Assembly: GCA_964016885.1 (NCBI GenBank)
Contig: OZ024742.1
Span: 96,348,001 to 96,412,000, forward strand
Direction of reading: 5' to 3'
DNA: 64,000 bases
From: Eledone cirrhosa
Lineage: Eukaryota
Below the pieces are notes generated by a model. The model saw nothing but the letters and a program-made list of their open reading frames with translations. It had not been told where the DNA came from and did no database searches. Shown here piece by piece: positions 39,630 through 53,239 of the stretch. The position numbers were made by a program, and so were the translations under genes. How positions within the stretch are numbered: the stretch's first letter is position 1; every line of letters begins with the position of its first letter.

Positions 39630-39923
39630 ATGTGACCCCCCCCCACCCCCACCGCAAGGTGGTCGTGGAGGTGCCACGGCAAAAAAGCACCCAGCCCACA
39701 CTGTAAAGTGGACGTGTAGGCGCCACGAAAAAGCACCCAGCACTCACTGTAAATGAGGTTGGTGTTAGGAAGGGCATCCGGCTGTAGAAATCAAGCCAAA
39801 TCAGTTCCTGTATGAGCAAGGCATGGTCAGCCGACCAGACACTGCCCACAACAGGACAACACGTCAAACCCATGCTAGCGTGGAAGAACGGACGTAAAAC
39901 GGTGATGATGATGATGATGATGA
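39630..39923 (+). mobile_element. SINE family 2, 3' part
   Basis: Nearly identical to 11960-12231. Confidence 0.85.
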
Positions 39924-39944
39924 TATATATATATATATATATAA

Positions 39945-39992
<48 letters not shown>

Positions 39993-39996
<4 letters not shown>

Positions 39997-40703
39997 AAGT
40001 AAAATAAAAAGTCAAATGTTTAAAATTTAGCTTCGTTTATTACTGCTATATATATTTCGGTGACAGCCATCTTTGGCTGTTGACCCGTTCAGGCAGTCCG
40101 AATTAGTGTGGTATAGACAAGTACATATGTTGTTAAGGTGTATAATTTTGTCAATACTCTGATATGCCCAGTTCTTGGTTGGGTTGTTATTTCACTGAGG
40201 AACTGGAATCATATGAATTCAAACAAACAAATTTCAGTGTCAAAGGGCCTCTTCTCCGCTCATTGGTCAGTTGTTAGAACATTCCTCATTCAAAATTTTC
40301 TATAGACTTTTGAATGAGGAATGTTCTAACAACTGACCAATGAGAGGAGAAGAGACCCTTTGACAACGAAATTTGTTTGTTTGAATTCATATGATTCCAG
40401 TTCCTCAGTGAAATAACAACCCAACCAGGAACTGGGCATATCAGAGTATTGACAAAATTATACACCTCAACAACATATGTACTTGTCTATACCACACTAA
40501 TTCGGACTGCCTGAAGAGGTCACAGCCAAAGATGGCTGACACCGAAATATATATAGCAGTAATAAACGAAGCTAAATTTTAAACATTTGACTTTTTATTT
40601 TACTTTATTATACATTACTCCGGAGTAACCAAACCAACCTGCGGACTTCGTCGAGTGCTCCAGCCTGCATACTGAGGTGTTGGTATACAACCAACATTTA
40701 CTC
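39993..40703 (+). mobile_element. Fold-back hammerhead element (family H2) in (TA)n
   Basis: Arms 39993-40295 and 40308-40609, a 12-nt loop and a tail of about 94 nt. Confidence 0.88.
40506..40560 (+). ncRNA. Type I hammerhead ribozyme
   Basis: actgc CTGAAGA ggtcacagccaaagatggctgacacc GAAA T atat A T A gcagt. Stem I is perfect and G10.1-C11.1 is canonical. Confidence 0.88.
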
Positions 40704-41130
40704 AAAAAAAAATATATATATATATATATACACCACTTAAGTTAGTTTGATTACAAATGGGTAGAACTGGTGGTTCTGGTTGGTAAACCATGATGCAACA
40801 AATTAATTAAACCACTCAACATTATGCAAGTCATCCATTGTAGATGTGGTATCCAGTGGTTGGTGCAGCTGCCAGGAATGTGTGTGTAAGGGGGGGGGGG
40901 GCATATGAAGAAATCAAGTTGAGAATAACTGTTAAGGAGTGCTAGTGGAAGGGGGAGGGGACGACAGGTCACATTGTATCCTGCAGGTCGGGTCTTCTTC
41001 AGCACTGGGTAGCACCAGTCCTCGTGGTCTTTAGTCATTTCTGTTGTAAGGTTTAGATTTCTAAGGTCAGTCCTTATCATATATATATATGTGTATATAT
41101 ATATATATACGTATATAGTATATATATATA

Positions 41131-42465
41131 TAGTAGCTGGCATTGCCTGGGTTAAAGAAAACTTTTTCTAGGGTATATTTGAAACTTCTAATATAGTTGT
41201 TTCTTGTATGTAACATATCTTGTAGCTGCAATATGATTCCTTACTTTGTTTCTTTATTCTTTGAATATCTTTTCTGTACTTGCATTTTTATATCACTGAT
41301 GAAATGCTGTAGTAAATATTTTGGTTCTTCTCCTGAAAGTGGCTGAAGCAATCCAATTCTATCGTAAATTTCCCTTTGGATCTTGAAAGTGGGCATAAAG
41401 CCATCTTCTTGGATGGCATCTGCACCAAATAATGTCAAGAATCAAGCATATTACTACTTGATATTTTGAATAAATTATCTTGTATGAGTAGTTATCCCAA
41501 TCAGCAGTCCCATCAAGGGTTCTGGTGGTTTAGGAAATAGTATAAACTTAATCTTTCCATTTAAACAGCATAATTCAGGAGACTCATCAATCTTTGTTTT
41601 AGCACCACAATTTGGACCAATTTTGTTCATTGAGGAAATATCAATTAAAAGTTCTGAGGCATAATTTTGATGCGGATTGTAACTAAAAGCAGCAAAGTTT
41701 CACTCGGCAACTTTGAAAAATTGTAAATCTTCTGCTCTTACTTTTAGTTCACATAGCATTTGGGTTGTTTGAGATTCAGTTTCTTCATGCTGTCTTGGTG
41801 TTTTTTTATATATCTGAATCCTCTTAGCAAATAGTTGTTTTCATTACCATATCTTCAGCAAGTCTTTTTGATCTTTGTTCTTCTGATTCATCTTGTTTTT
41901 TCTGTGCTCTTCTTATTCTTTGTTGTTGAAGCTTTGATGATCTTTGTGCATCTGATTCATCCTCTCTGTTTTGTACTGAAGTTTTTAACATCTAATTCCT
42001 CTTGATGAGTAGTTGCTTTCCTTGTCCTATCATCAGCAAGGCCTTTTGACCTTTGTTCTTCTGATTCATTTCGCCTATATTTTGCTGTTGTTTTTCTTTG
42101 TTTTTGGAGTCTTTCTTGTTGCTGCTCTTCACTTTCATTCTCCCTTTGTAGCTGCTATGCCATAGCCTTATGAGACACTTTCTTCCAAATGAAGGGCTAT
42201 CCTTCAGTGGAGTGGCTATTTATATTAAACACAAAAGAGAACTTAACTGAAATGACCAGCCTAAATGCAAACATATCTCTATTTTTTTACTATAACACAC
42301 TTTATTGGTGTACATGGCTTCTGGTGAACAGCCTACTAGCTGTGAAATATATAGAGGCAAACCTTTATGTTTTTCTTTGTGCTGAGAGAATATCTATCAC
42401 AATTGTTTACATTTCACAGCAAAGCTTATAAAGTATAGTTATACCAACATTACATTGATCTCATA
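41131..42465 (-). mobile_element. Helitron remnant (RepHel N-terminal fragment)
   Basis: LCCLNGK, TLFGA..GFMPTFKIQ.EIY.RIG and repeated charged RLAD..R segments. Degenerate 3' hairpin CCAGGCAATGCCAG. The stretch 42215-42465 recurs at 63205-63445. Confidence 0.75.
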
Positions 42466-42588
42466 AGTGTGTGTGGGGTGTGCGTATGTTGAGCATGTCT
42501 ATATGTGTATGTGTGTATTTGTGTTTCTACATATATATATATATCATCACTAATTCATCATGTTATGTCCATTTTCATTGGTTGCATC

Positions 42589-42619
<31 letters not shown>

Positions 42620-43279
42620 CGTCTGTGTATAAATATGTTTACATGTATGCATTTGTATGTATGTGCTATACTAGTATTAGATGTTTGCTTTAATGCATCA
42701 TATTTATCATGGATTTTTTTTACCTTCATTTGGTTTGGGTGTCAGATCATCTCAGTAATTAACCTCTTACTGTATGATCTATATATCTAGATACAGTAGT
42801 TTCACTAACCTGTGAACAATGTCTAGCCTGTTGTTACTTTCGTTCATACATTCCCAATCTCAATATATTTCAAACTATTCTTGCCAGCAATATATCTTGT
42901 TGGAGAATATTATTTTTCTAGTATCCTCAAACAACATATGAGGATATGTTAAATTTGCCATACTATTTTCTTAAATCATATTTCGGTTATCTATAGACAT
43001 ATCTATCACTAGTAGTATCTCGACTATATAAATCAGTATACATAATATATAGGCTTTTCTCAATTAGACTCACAGCGAAGTTTTGGCAGGTAGTATTTCA
43101 CTGCTGTAGTGGGTTTTGTTATTATTATTGTTTGCTTCTTTTTTATTTTTTTATTCATTTATTTGTTTATTATTTATTTATCTATAATCATATTAGTAAT
43201 AATAATAATAAGTATTGTTATTATTAATATTATTCAAATAAATAAATATATAAATAAATAAATACACCATTATTATTAT

Positions 43280-45035
43280 GAATTTGATATCTAACAGAAA
43301 AATTTGCCCAAATGGACATCAAGCTGCTACCTACAGCCTCAGATATTCAGGGTGTATTGGATGATCCTTGCTGTTCACTGTAGGCATGCTTTTTGAAGTG
43401 TTTGAAAAAAGGGGCTGGGCTAATGTTCTTTAGCCAAATGTGGAAACTCTTTGAGATAATTGTTTCTACTTTAGGCACAAGGCCAGCAATTACCCACTGC
43501 ATTACTGGTACTTTATTTTATCGACCCCATAAGGATGAAAGGCAAAGTTAACCTCAGCGGGATTTGAACTCAGTCCATAAAGGGACGTAACTATGCTGCA
43601 AAGCATGGCGTCCGACCCTCTACCGATACTGCCAATCCACCGCCCTTTGAGATAATGCCTAGTATTCCTATGACATTTGGAATGACATTGTTCTCATGAC
43701 AGTTCCAAATCCTTTTTAATTCCCACTTTAAATCCTGGTACCAGTTAATTTTCCCCTCTTCCTTCTCTTGCACTTATATGCCAAAGAAGCAAGTTATATC
43801 TATCATTCAGCAAGATATATTTCGTTTGTCAAAAAACCAGGTCATGCCTGTTGTATTCTAATTCATCTGTTTGTATCCTGAAATCACACAGCACTTTCAT
43901 TTGATCATCTTCTATCACCGAATCTGGCATATGTGCATACCACTTCTCAAAATGGAGCAAATTATTTAGTTTGCATAAAAGCCAGTGGATCACTTCTATG
44001 ATATCAGGCCTCCATCCTTTATAATGAATCTGAGCTAGGTGTTTTCACTCACATACAATGTGAGCAGCAGCTTCCTCTCTCACCACAGATATTACAGAGC
44101 AGGCTAGCCTCCTGCTTCTCAGGCTTTAAGATGCCACATTTTCTCAATTTCAGTTGTCAGATCTTTATATTTACTGAGCTTTCGGAACTCTTTTGTCTGA
44201 TATAATGTTCATATCAATGAAGAATTCTGTTTTCTTTTTACAGTCATTCACACTCATATAAGGTATGTTGGCCTTGATCATTCTGTTGGTGAAATCCCAC
44301 AGGATTTGTCACGTTCTTGCTTCCTGTTACTTCATCTGGATGATGATTATACCTTTTTACCTCTATCTTTTTCCTGTAAAACCTGCATATTATCCAGTGT
44401 AAATATTGCCCTACTCTATCATGCCATTTCATATTCCTGGTGAGGAAATCAGGTCATGTATGGTCTCATCACAGATTCAACACTTTGGGTCAGTACCATT
44501 TCTGATCACATTGGTTTCAAGGTTTTGCATTGAAAGACTCAGGTCTTGTGCAGCCAAAATGAAGCCCTCACTCTCTGCTTTTAGCCCAGAACTCCACAGC
44601 CACTGATGGGTGAGATTTTGATCTACATCAGATTCTTTACTACAGAGACCATACTGCTCATGCAATGGTTTTTGCTCTCATTTAGAGCACATTTTCTGTT
44701 GACCTTCTTGTTTTACCAGCATTTTGATGTTCTTTGCTGCTTTAATTGTAGAATCTCCATCATTTTCAAAATGTATTCCCAATAATTACACAAACTTCCT
44801 AATTTCCTTCATGATTGAATGTAATCACTTCTTCCTTTCATGATCTGCAACAATTTTCAGCACCCAGTCAAGCTGGATCATTCCTCTACTTCTTTTTGTC
44901 TAGAGAGATAGAGGTGCACTTCATCTGCTTTTGGGTCATGTAGTTTATTACAAGTCAGAAGTTTCCTAATTTTGGTGTCCATTTTCTTTATTTCATCAAT
45001 GTTCCATTGAAACTATAGGTGACAACTAGGATTGC
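43280..45035 (-). mobile_element. R4/Dong-clade (RLE) LINE remnants, probably two copies
   Basis: WL.SSGLKAESEGFILAAQD, HDRVGQYLHW and KINWYQDLKWELKRIW..VIP.VIG.LG. The 3' end abuts (TAA)n; interrupted by a SINE. Confidence 0.75.
43457..43644 (-). mobile_element. SINE family 1 with 12-bp TSD
   Basis: CTTTGAGATAAT at 43449-43460 and 43645-43656. Confidence 0.9.
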
Positions 45036-45041
45036 ATTATT

Positions 45042-45875
45042 GGTGGATTGGCACTATCGGTAGAGGGTCGGACTCCATGCTTTGACGCATAGAGTTACGG
45101 CCCTTGCCATTCTGAGTTCAAATCCCGCTGAGGTTAACTTTGCCTTTCATCCTCACAGGTAATTGCTGGCCTTGTTCCAAAAGTAGAAACAATTATTATT
45201 ATAGATTGGCAGTATTGGTAGCGCATCAGACAACATGCTTTATGGCATTGAGTTACAGCCCTTTATGTTCTGAGTTCAAATCATGCCAAAGTTAGCTTTG
45301 CCTTTCATCTTTACAGGGTCAATAAAATAAAGAACCAGTAATGCACTAGGGTCAATTTAATCGACTTTTCTCTCCCCAAAAATTATTGGCCTTGTGGCTA
45401 AACCAGAAACCATTATTATTGATATTATTATTATTATTATTATTATAATGGGCGGTGAATTGGCAGTATCGGTAGAGGTAGAGGGTTGGACGCCATGCTT
45501 TCTAGCATAGTTACGTCCCTTTACAGTCTGAGTTCAAATCCCGCCGAGGTTAACTTTTCCTTTCATCCTTACGGGGTCGATCAAATAAAGTACCAGTAAT
45601 GTACTGGGTAATTGCTGGCCTTGTGCCTAAAGTAGAAACAATTATTATTATAATGGGATGGATTGGCAGTATCGGTAGTGAGCTGGATGCCATGCTTTGC
45701 AGCATAGAGTTACAGCCCTTTATGATCTGAGTTTCAAATCCTGCCAAGGTTAACTTTGCCTTTCATCCTTATGAGGTCAATAAAATAAAGCACCAGTAAC
45801 GTACTGGGGTCGATTTAATCGACTTTCCCCTCCCCCAAATTACTGGCCTTGTGCGTATACCAAAAATCATCATAT
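45042..45875 (+). mobile_element. Head-to-tail array of four SINE family 1 copies joined by (ATT)n
   Basis: Heads near 45042, 45205, 45451 and 45657. Confidence 0.88.
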
Positions 45876-46389
45876 TGTGTGTGTTGCTGAAGAAATTGTG
45901 TTACAGTAACTCTTTCCATATGAATCTGCTTGTTTTAAAGTATTTATCATTACCACCATCTTCATTTAACATCTGTTTTTCCATGCTGGCATGGTCAAAC
46001 TGTTTGTCAAAGACCAAGTCAGTACTTAATTGGAGCTACTGCTCTTAAAGATGGGCCAGTTGCTATGACACAACTGTTTTTCATGTTGGACATGATATCA
46101 TGTTCTGTGATTTGACAAAATAGATGACTGGGATTTGCTCATACATTATATTTTAGCACCTTCTATGAAAAACCTCAGTTAAATTATTTTCCAAACACCA
46201 GCTTAAAGCTTTTGATACTAGGCCAGGTTAAATCATCCCTGGTCTACCATAAAAACTCCCTTTTTTTAAAGTGTTTCTAGTTATCTAAAACCCTGTTATA
46301 ATAATTATATGTAAGATCCGTTTGATACCAAACCCCCTGAAATCGTTATATGTTTTATGAAATGTGACGATTAATGAAATGCAGTTTGT

Positions 46390-47645
46390 ATTTGTGCCAG
46401 GAAAAGATTGACTAATGCAACTTTCATTGTGAAGCAGTTACAGGAGAAGAATAGTTACAAGTGGAAGAATAGTTACAAGTGGAAGAATTTGATTTTTGGA
46501 TTTGTTGACCTGGAGAAAGCGTTTGATGGTATTCTACATAAAGTAGTGGCATGAGCAATGAGAGAGTCTTGAGTGGCAGTATTGTAGTTTGAATAGTAAT
46601 GACAATGTATGAGAAAGTGTGCACAGTCATAAGGACAAAGGAAAGGAAAAATGATGAGTTTGAAGTAAAGACTGAAGTGCATTGTGAATGAAGATTAAGA
46701 CCCCTACTGTAGTTGTGTTAGAAGTACTGTTCTGAAGTGTAAAAGAGGGTTTATAATGGGAGTTGGTGTATGGATAGACTGAAGGGGGAAGATGATTAGG
46801 TGGAAAGAATTTAATGAAGCAAAATGTGTAAAGGTGAATATTAGAAAGACAATAATGATGGCAAGTGGTAAAGCATTTGATAAGATGGAAGGAACTGTGT
46901 GCAAAAAGGATGCTGGAGTGTTTCAATATTCACAGGTAGGTTCATCTAAAATGAAATGTTGTGAAGGGATTTTGAAAGAATGTGGTAGCTACATTTACAT
47001 GTAAAATATATATGAAGATAGCTACAGATAAAAAGGATGTTGGGCAGAATTTGGAGAATGATGGGAAGATAGAAAGGGCAAAAATGTTTTGTTACTTTGG
47101 AGACATGTTGAATGGAGAAGGTAAATCTGATTCCAAATTAATATCTAGAGTGAGATGTGCAGCAAAGAATTTTGGAAACTGAGTGGTCTATTAATGAGGA
47201 GGACAGTGTTTCTGAAGTGAAGGGAAAAGTGTACGCTGTATGCGTGAAGGTGGCATGATTTTTGGAAGCAAGATATGGGTGATGAACTTGGAGCAACATA
47301 GAAATCTGGAAAGAACAAAAATATGTAAAATTAAGTAGATGAGGAGAGTATTGCTGAGAGAGAGGAAGGCAGGCAATGAATTGCATAGAGCCAGTGATAA
47401 ATGTTTCGGAGAGAAATGGAATGAGATTGATAGTCATATGTGGGGGAAGGATGAAGGTGAACGTGTGAGAGGAATGATAGAAATGAATGCAGAAGGAAGT
47501 AGAGAAAGACAGTCTAAAATGATGGAATAAATGAAAGCAAAAGCCTAAGTTTCAGTGATACAGATGATAGGGAAATGGAGAAGTCTTTCATGGGACTAAC
47601 AAGGCTAACCCCTGTTTTAAATTGCCTTAAAACTTTTGTTGATGT
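46390..47645 (+). pseudogene. Old RTE LINE remnant
   Basis: QFVFVPG, FVDLEKAFD and FCYFGDML remnants with many stops. Confidence 0.65.
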
Positions 47646-48199
47646 TTTGTGCATGTATAAGATATATGTACATACACATACATGTGGAGAGACAAAAAAA
47701 GCACCAGATATATTGAGAAATAGAAAAACTTGTTATTCATTCTATGAAAAAACATGATAATTATTGTATCAAATAAAAACAATGGTGGTTGATGCAACTT
47801 GCAAAAAATCTATGGAATGAAAAGTAATTGAATAAAAATCTTGGTGAGATGTTTATGATAAAAATCAAATTAGACAGACAAAAATTGAATGATTGAATGT
47901 AAAAAAATATTCCTGTGTATCTGCATGATATGTGAGATATGAAAAGAATTTATTATCATGTCACCATATCTGATATCAGAGAATGATGTTTCATCATCGA
48001 TAAATTTAGTTTTGTCTCTATTAATATGAAAACAATTAGATATGGCAATGTTTTGAAATGTCAAATATGTCTATGTGTTATGAGTAAAGTTTACATATGA
48101 GTGAATGTGTGCATATATATATATATGTATTTATATATATATGTGTATGTGTGTATATATATATATATACATACATACATATATATTATATTTATATAT

Positions 48200-48248
<49 letters not shown>

Positions 48249-48345
48249 CATATATATTACATTTATATATATACATATATACATATATATATACATATAT
48301 ATATATATGTATATATATATTATATTTATATATATACACATATAA

Positions 48346-48395
<50 letters not shown>

Positions 48396-48824
48396 ATATA
48401 ATGAAAATATTGTGTACAGTATGTATATAAATATATATACATACGCACATATATCATTTCACTGATCAGTTTTGATTCAGTAAAACTTGGCACAAACAAT
48501 ATTTGGCATTCTTATGTCAGCGGTTATCGAAATCTAAGATGTCATTGCCACAATTTCGAACACATAACTTATTAATGTTTAGGCTATTGATAATATTTAA
48601 GTGGAAAGTTACACATATCTAATACAGAACTAATAAACAAAATACCTTTACGCTACATGACTCACATAGGAATCAATAAATACCTAAGAATTTTCTCTGA
48701 GACTGAGGTATTTATCAACTAGAAATCATATTGATATTGTCACTGGAATTTATATTAAAACTTTAAACGGATGGATGTACTGAAAGTGTATATATTCAAA
48801 GTAACATGTATGAATGAGACATGA

Positions 48825-49390
48825 TTTTTTCCTCAAATATTTACATTAAGCATGTATTATAGTTTCTGGTTTTGATTAATCAAGCTTAACGAGATACAGT
48901 TGTATTACATATTGCCATCTATGTACTCTGGTGCATTGACTTGCTACTTGTAATTCTCACCAGACGTTAAACACACTACTCTCACCATCATCATCATCAT
49001 CTTTTCCATTCTGGTATGGACTGGATATGTTGTTCCTGTTGGAGACAAGATAGGGATGTTCCATATTTTATCACAGTATGCCTTTAAGATCACCAACCAT
49101 TTTACAGTGTGCACTGAATGTATTTTATCACTTCATTAGCACTACCACTTTACACAGTGCACTGATTGCATTTTATCATGACACCAACACTATCACTGAA
49201 AGTGGATATCCTAAATCTAATACATACCAGTTTGACATTTTTTCATATATTTATATCAAGCATGTATTATAATTTCTGGGTTTGATTAATTATGCTTAAT
49301 GAGTTGCAGTTGTCTTATATATTGATATCAATGTACTCTGGTGTATTGACTTGCTGCTTGTAATTCTTACAAGAGGATAAACACATCACA
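48825..49390. repeat. ~160-bp imperfect direct duplication flanking a SINE2 remnant
   Basis: 48825-48980 resembles 49235-49390 (AAGCATGTATTATA..ATGTACTCTGGTG.ATTGACTTGCT.CTTGTAATTCT). Confidence 0.75.
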
Positions 49391-50156
49391 CTAAAATGGA
49401 TGGATTAACTACAAGGATTTTTATGTAAAGTAGGACTAGCTAATAAGTTCACTTTGCTGGTTTCCAGCTAGTTTTTTGCAATAAGCCTGAAGCTTGAGTG
49501 AAGTGAACAGTTTACAAGTTAATAAATAAAATCATTCACCTATACTTTATGCAAATTTAACAGGTATTTTCATAATTATCATTGTTTTCCCCTCCACTTT
49601 TCCATGCGGGCTTTGGTTGCATGTGATAGTTTGAGACAATGTTTTAGTCACTACTTACAACATGAATGGATACAGTGTACCTATTCAATAATTCTCATCG
49701 TAATAAGAATGTAGTTATCTGTATAGATATGTAGTTATCTCTTATATCCTCTCTGTTTTGTAATAATATAAAAAAAAAATTCAATTTATTTAAAATACAA
49801 TATTTGTTGAAATTATGTAAAGTATAGGTGCATTAATTTATTTACTACATTGTAAAATGTGAGTAAAGCAAGTGTATCAAGCTTGCTTCATGTGCTAACT
49901 AGAAGCTAAGAAGAATGAACTTATTGGTTAAAACATATATATATCATCATCATCATCTTATATATATATATTAGTTTTGCGAGATTAGAGCAAACATCAC
50001 AAAAAATTATTTTTGAAAAGCATTAGAAATGCGCAACCGGTAAAAATTTAAAACTAAAACTGAATACTAACCAATACTTATTACTAATTTATACTTATTC
50101 CTAATTAAACTATTTTTCACTGGGAAAAATTTGTCAGCATTTTCTTTTCCTTTTTA

Positions 50157-50198
<42 letters not shown>

Positions 50199-50201
<3 letters not shown>

Positions 50202-50630
50202 TCATCATCATCATCACCGTTTTACGTCCGTTCTTCCATGCTAGCATGGGGTAGACGGGTTGTCCTGTTGTGGGCAGTGTCTGGTCGGCTGACCATGCCT
50301 TGCTCATACAGGCACTGATTTGGCTTGATTTCTACAGTTGGATGCCCTTCCTAACACCAACCTCATTTACAGTGTGGGCTGGGTGCTTTTTTGCTGTGGC
50401 ACCTCCACAACCACCTTGCAGTGGGGGGTGTGGCGGCATATTGTCTATATGCTTCAGCTTGTACCCATGGGAGGTCGGGTACTCTGTATTACTGCGTGAC
50501 GCCAGAGGTCACGATTGTGTGTCATCGCCTTTGAGAGGTGTAATTGGGTAAGGTCGGCTTTTATCACCTCATCCCAGGTCATCTTGGGTTTCCCCACTCC
50601 ACGGTTTCCATCGACTTTCAGTGCTCTGCA
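50199..50630 (-). mobile_element. SINE family 2 3' part plus RTE 3' fragment
   Basis: Reverse complement of 39630-39923; GNRGVGKPKMTWDEVIKADL is an RTE C-terminal motif. Confidence 0.8.
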
Positions 50631-53239
50631 CCTTTTTTTATATATATATATATTTATATATATATTTATATAAGTGTACATTCTCATTCTGCATTCATAT
50701 TCTTGAATTCACTGCTCCTTATCCAATCATTCCAGAATGGTAAGACAGGTGCACCCAAAAATGTACCACCAGCTATATTCTCAATCCTATCATGCCTCCC
50801 CAGCCTGGTCAAAAACACGACAAGCTGCCTAATGTCGAAAAGTGATAGGGCTTATTTTCACAATTAAAAGTACTTGGCCTACACTTTACAGAGGTAGTGC
50901 TAGTGCCATGATAAAATGCAACCAGCCTTCTCTGTAAAGTGGCAGTGTTGGGATGATGATATAAAGCACCGGACCCTCCTGTCATGTAGTAGTGCTGATA
51001 CCGTAATAATGAAGTGGTTCGCATTAAGAAGGGTATTCAGATATCATGGGCATAAATTTGATAGAAGATAGGAAACAGCCAGTATCGCATTGATTAGATT
51101 AAAACCACATAGCTATTGCTTGCCATGTGACTGCACTTTCAATTAAACTACATAGTGTCTACCATTCCATCTGAAATTAGTTACTAGATATTGCTTTTGC
51201 TATTTTAATAATTTGTCATTATTGGAAATCATCATATCTGATATAAAAATGATGCCAGACACTAATCTCTAAGCAGATCCTGAACTTACAGAAGGTTATC
51301 ACCTGTAGGTCACAAGTAAATGCTTTCATGCCTAAATCAAAATCATGTCCCTATTAAGAACGGCTTTAATGCCTATATCAAGATCATGTCCTTATCAAAA
51401 ATGCTTTCATAACCACATAAAAATCATGTCATCATCAGCATCATCATAGTTTAACGGTCATTTTCCAAGCTAGCATGGGTTAGGCAGGTCCTAAGAAATG
51501 TTTTTATCATGATGTTCTTATTAAACATCTGCTCTAACAACTAGGAAGATGTGGTTGAAGAATGTAAAATTTGGAGATAAAAAAGAAGAGATGATGCAGC
51601 TCATGGGAGTCACATTCAAAATCAATAATCTGAAGAAATATGAATCTGAAAAATCGAAAAAAATTAATGACTATTGCAGCTTTTCTGCAACATTAGTGCT
51701 AAGTTTGAATCTCAAATATCATCATCACCATCACTGTTTAATGTGTGTATTCCATGCATGCTTAGGTTAGATAGGTTATTGAATACTGAGGCTATCTTGG
51801 TCAATTGACTACATCTTGCTTGTATATTTCAATTTTTACTTGGTTTCTACAGCTGGATGACTTCCATAACACTAACCATTTTACAGCATGTACTGGGAGC
51901 ATTTCAACATGACTCTGGCATTAACACATTACATGTTAGACAAGGTGCAGTTTGTCATGGTATCAGCACTATCACCATACAGAGTGATGGCACCAGCATT
52001 ATCACATCACAGAGTGAAACAATGAAAAATGTTCAGAAGCTAGACACAAAGTCTATAATAAAGAATTGAATTTCAGAAACTGTAGTTAGTAGACATGAAC
52101 CATTCCCACTCAGCTTTTGTACACCATCACGTTTTCCTGCTCTTACTCAATGGGGCTGGGGTCATGCTGGTGGTGAGCCGGTGCACTGTGGGTCACCGTT
52201 AGTCCCCATTAGACTAGTACACCTTAGGTGGCCCTATCAGGGGCAAAGCTCCAAACTTAATGTTCTCTTGGATTTATGAAACATGCAAGCCCCCTCGCAA
52301 GGCCAGACCAAGAAGGGGGACACCATAAATTGAAACATATTTATTTATTATAAATACAATGTGAGGCCCATTGAAAAGGCTTGAACGATCAACCCCTTAG
52401 ACTTAGTCCAGCATCTTATCAACACAGGCAGCTATTCCATAATAATGGTACAATAATTCATTGATTATTCATTAGACACTTCTATTGATTAATGATGAAG
52501 CAATATTTTCATTGGCTGTTGATGAGGTAAATAATTGATTATTTAGTTTACAATACATATTTCAGTGTTTCTATTGAAGTATTTTATTGATTAATCAACT
52601 CAGGAGATCATTTAGCTGGAAAGTTGTTTTTAGAATAAATTTAATGTATGAAAACATATTCAGATTTGCTACCAAGTAATTCCAGGTTAGAACCAGAATT
52701 TCCAGCAGGAAACATGATACTATAAAAGAAAAGTAAAAGAAAAACCACAGTTCAATGAAATTGATAGTTACTGATCATCATCATTATCATCATCGTCATC
52801 TGTTTAAACCCATTTTTCATGATGGTATGGGTTGAATGGGTTTTCATTGTCTAATATTAGACAAGTCAGATAAAACCTCCTTCTTAAGCATTCCATTTTG
52901 CTTTGTCTTTATTATAATTATTATTTGTATTTTTCCTCTTACTTCAGTTTTGTTTCCATTTTTTGCTGAGAGTCTTCCCAACAGCTAGTGCAGAGAAACT
53001 CATTGCATACATTCATAAGCCATAAAAATAAACATACTAGATTGTTCACATCATGCACTTTACACAGTTACAAGTATATCATTTGCTTTATACATATGCA
53101 CATTATCTGTTTAAAATAATATTTTCAACAGAATGATAATCAATCATATATGAGTGCTCGATTATTTACAACATAGATAATTATGGAATATAATCAAATA
53201 AAGTTATGAAAACAAAATTATGTAGATGATTATCATTCT

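Noticed and set aside
45042-45875. CRISPR-like regular repeats
   Set aside because: Tandem ~200-bp SINE copies in eukaryotic DNA; no spacers or cas genes.
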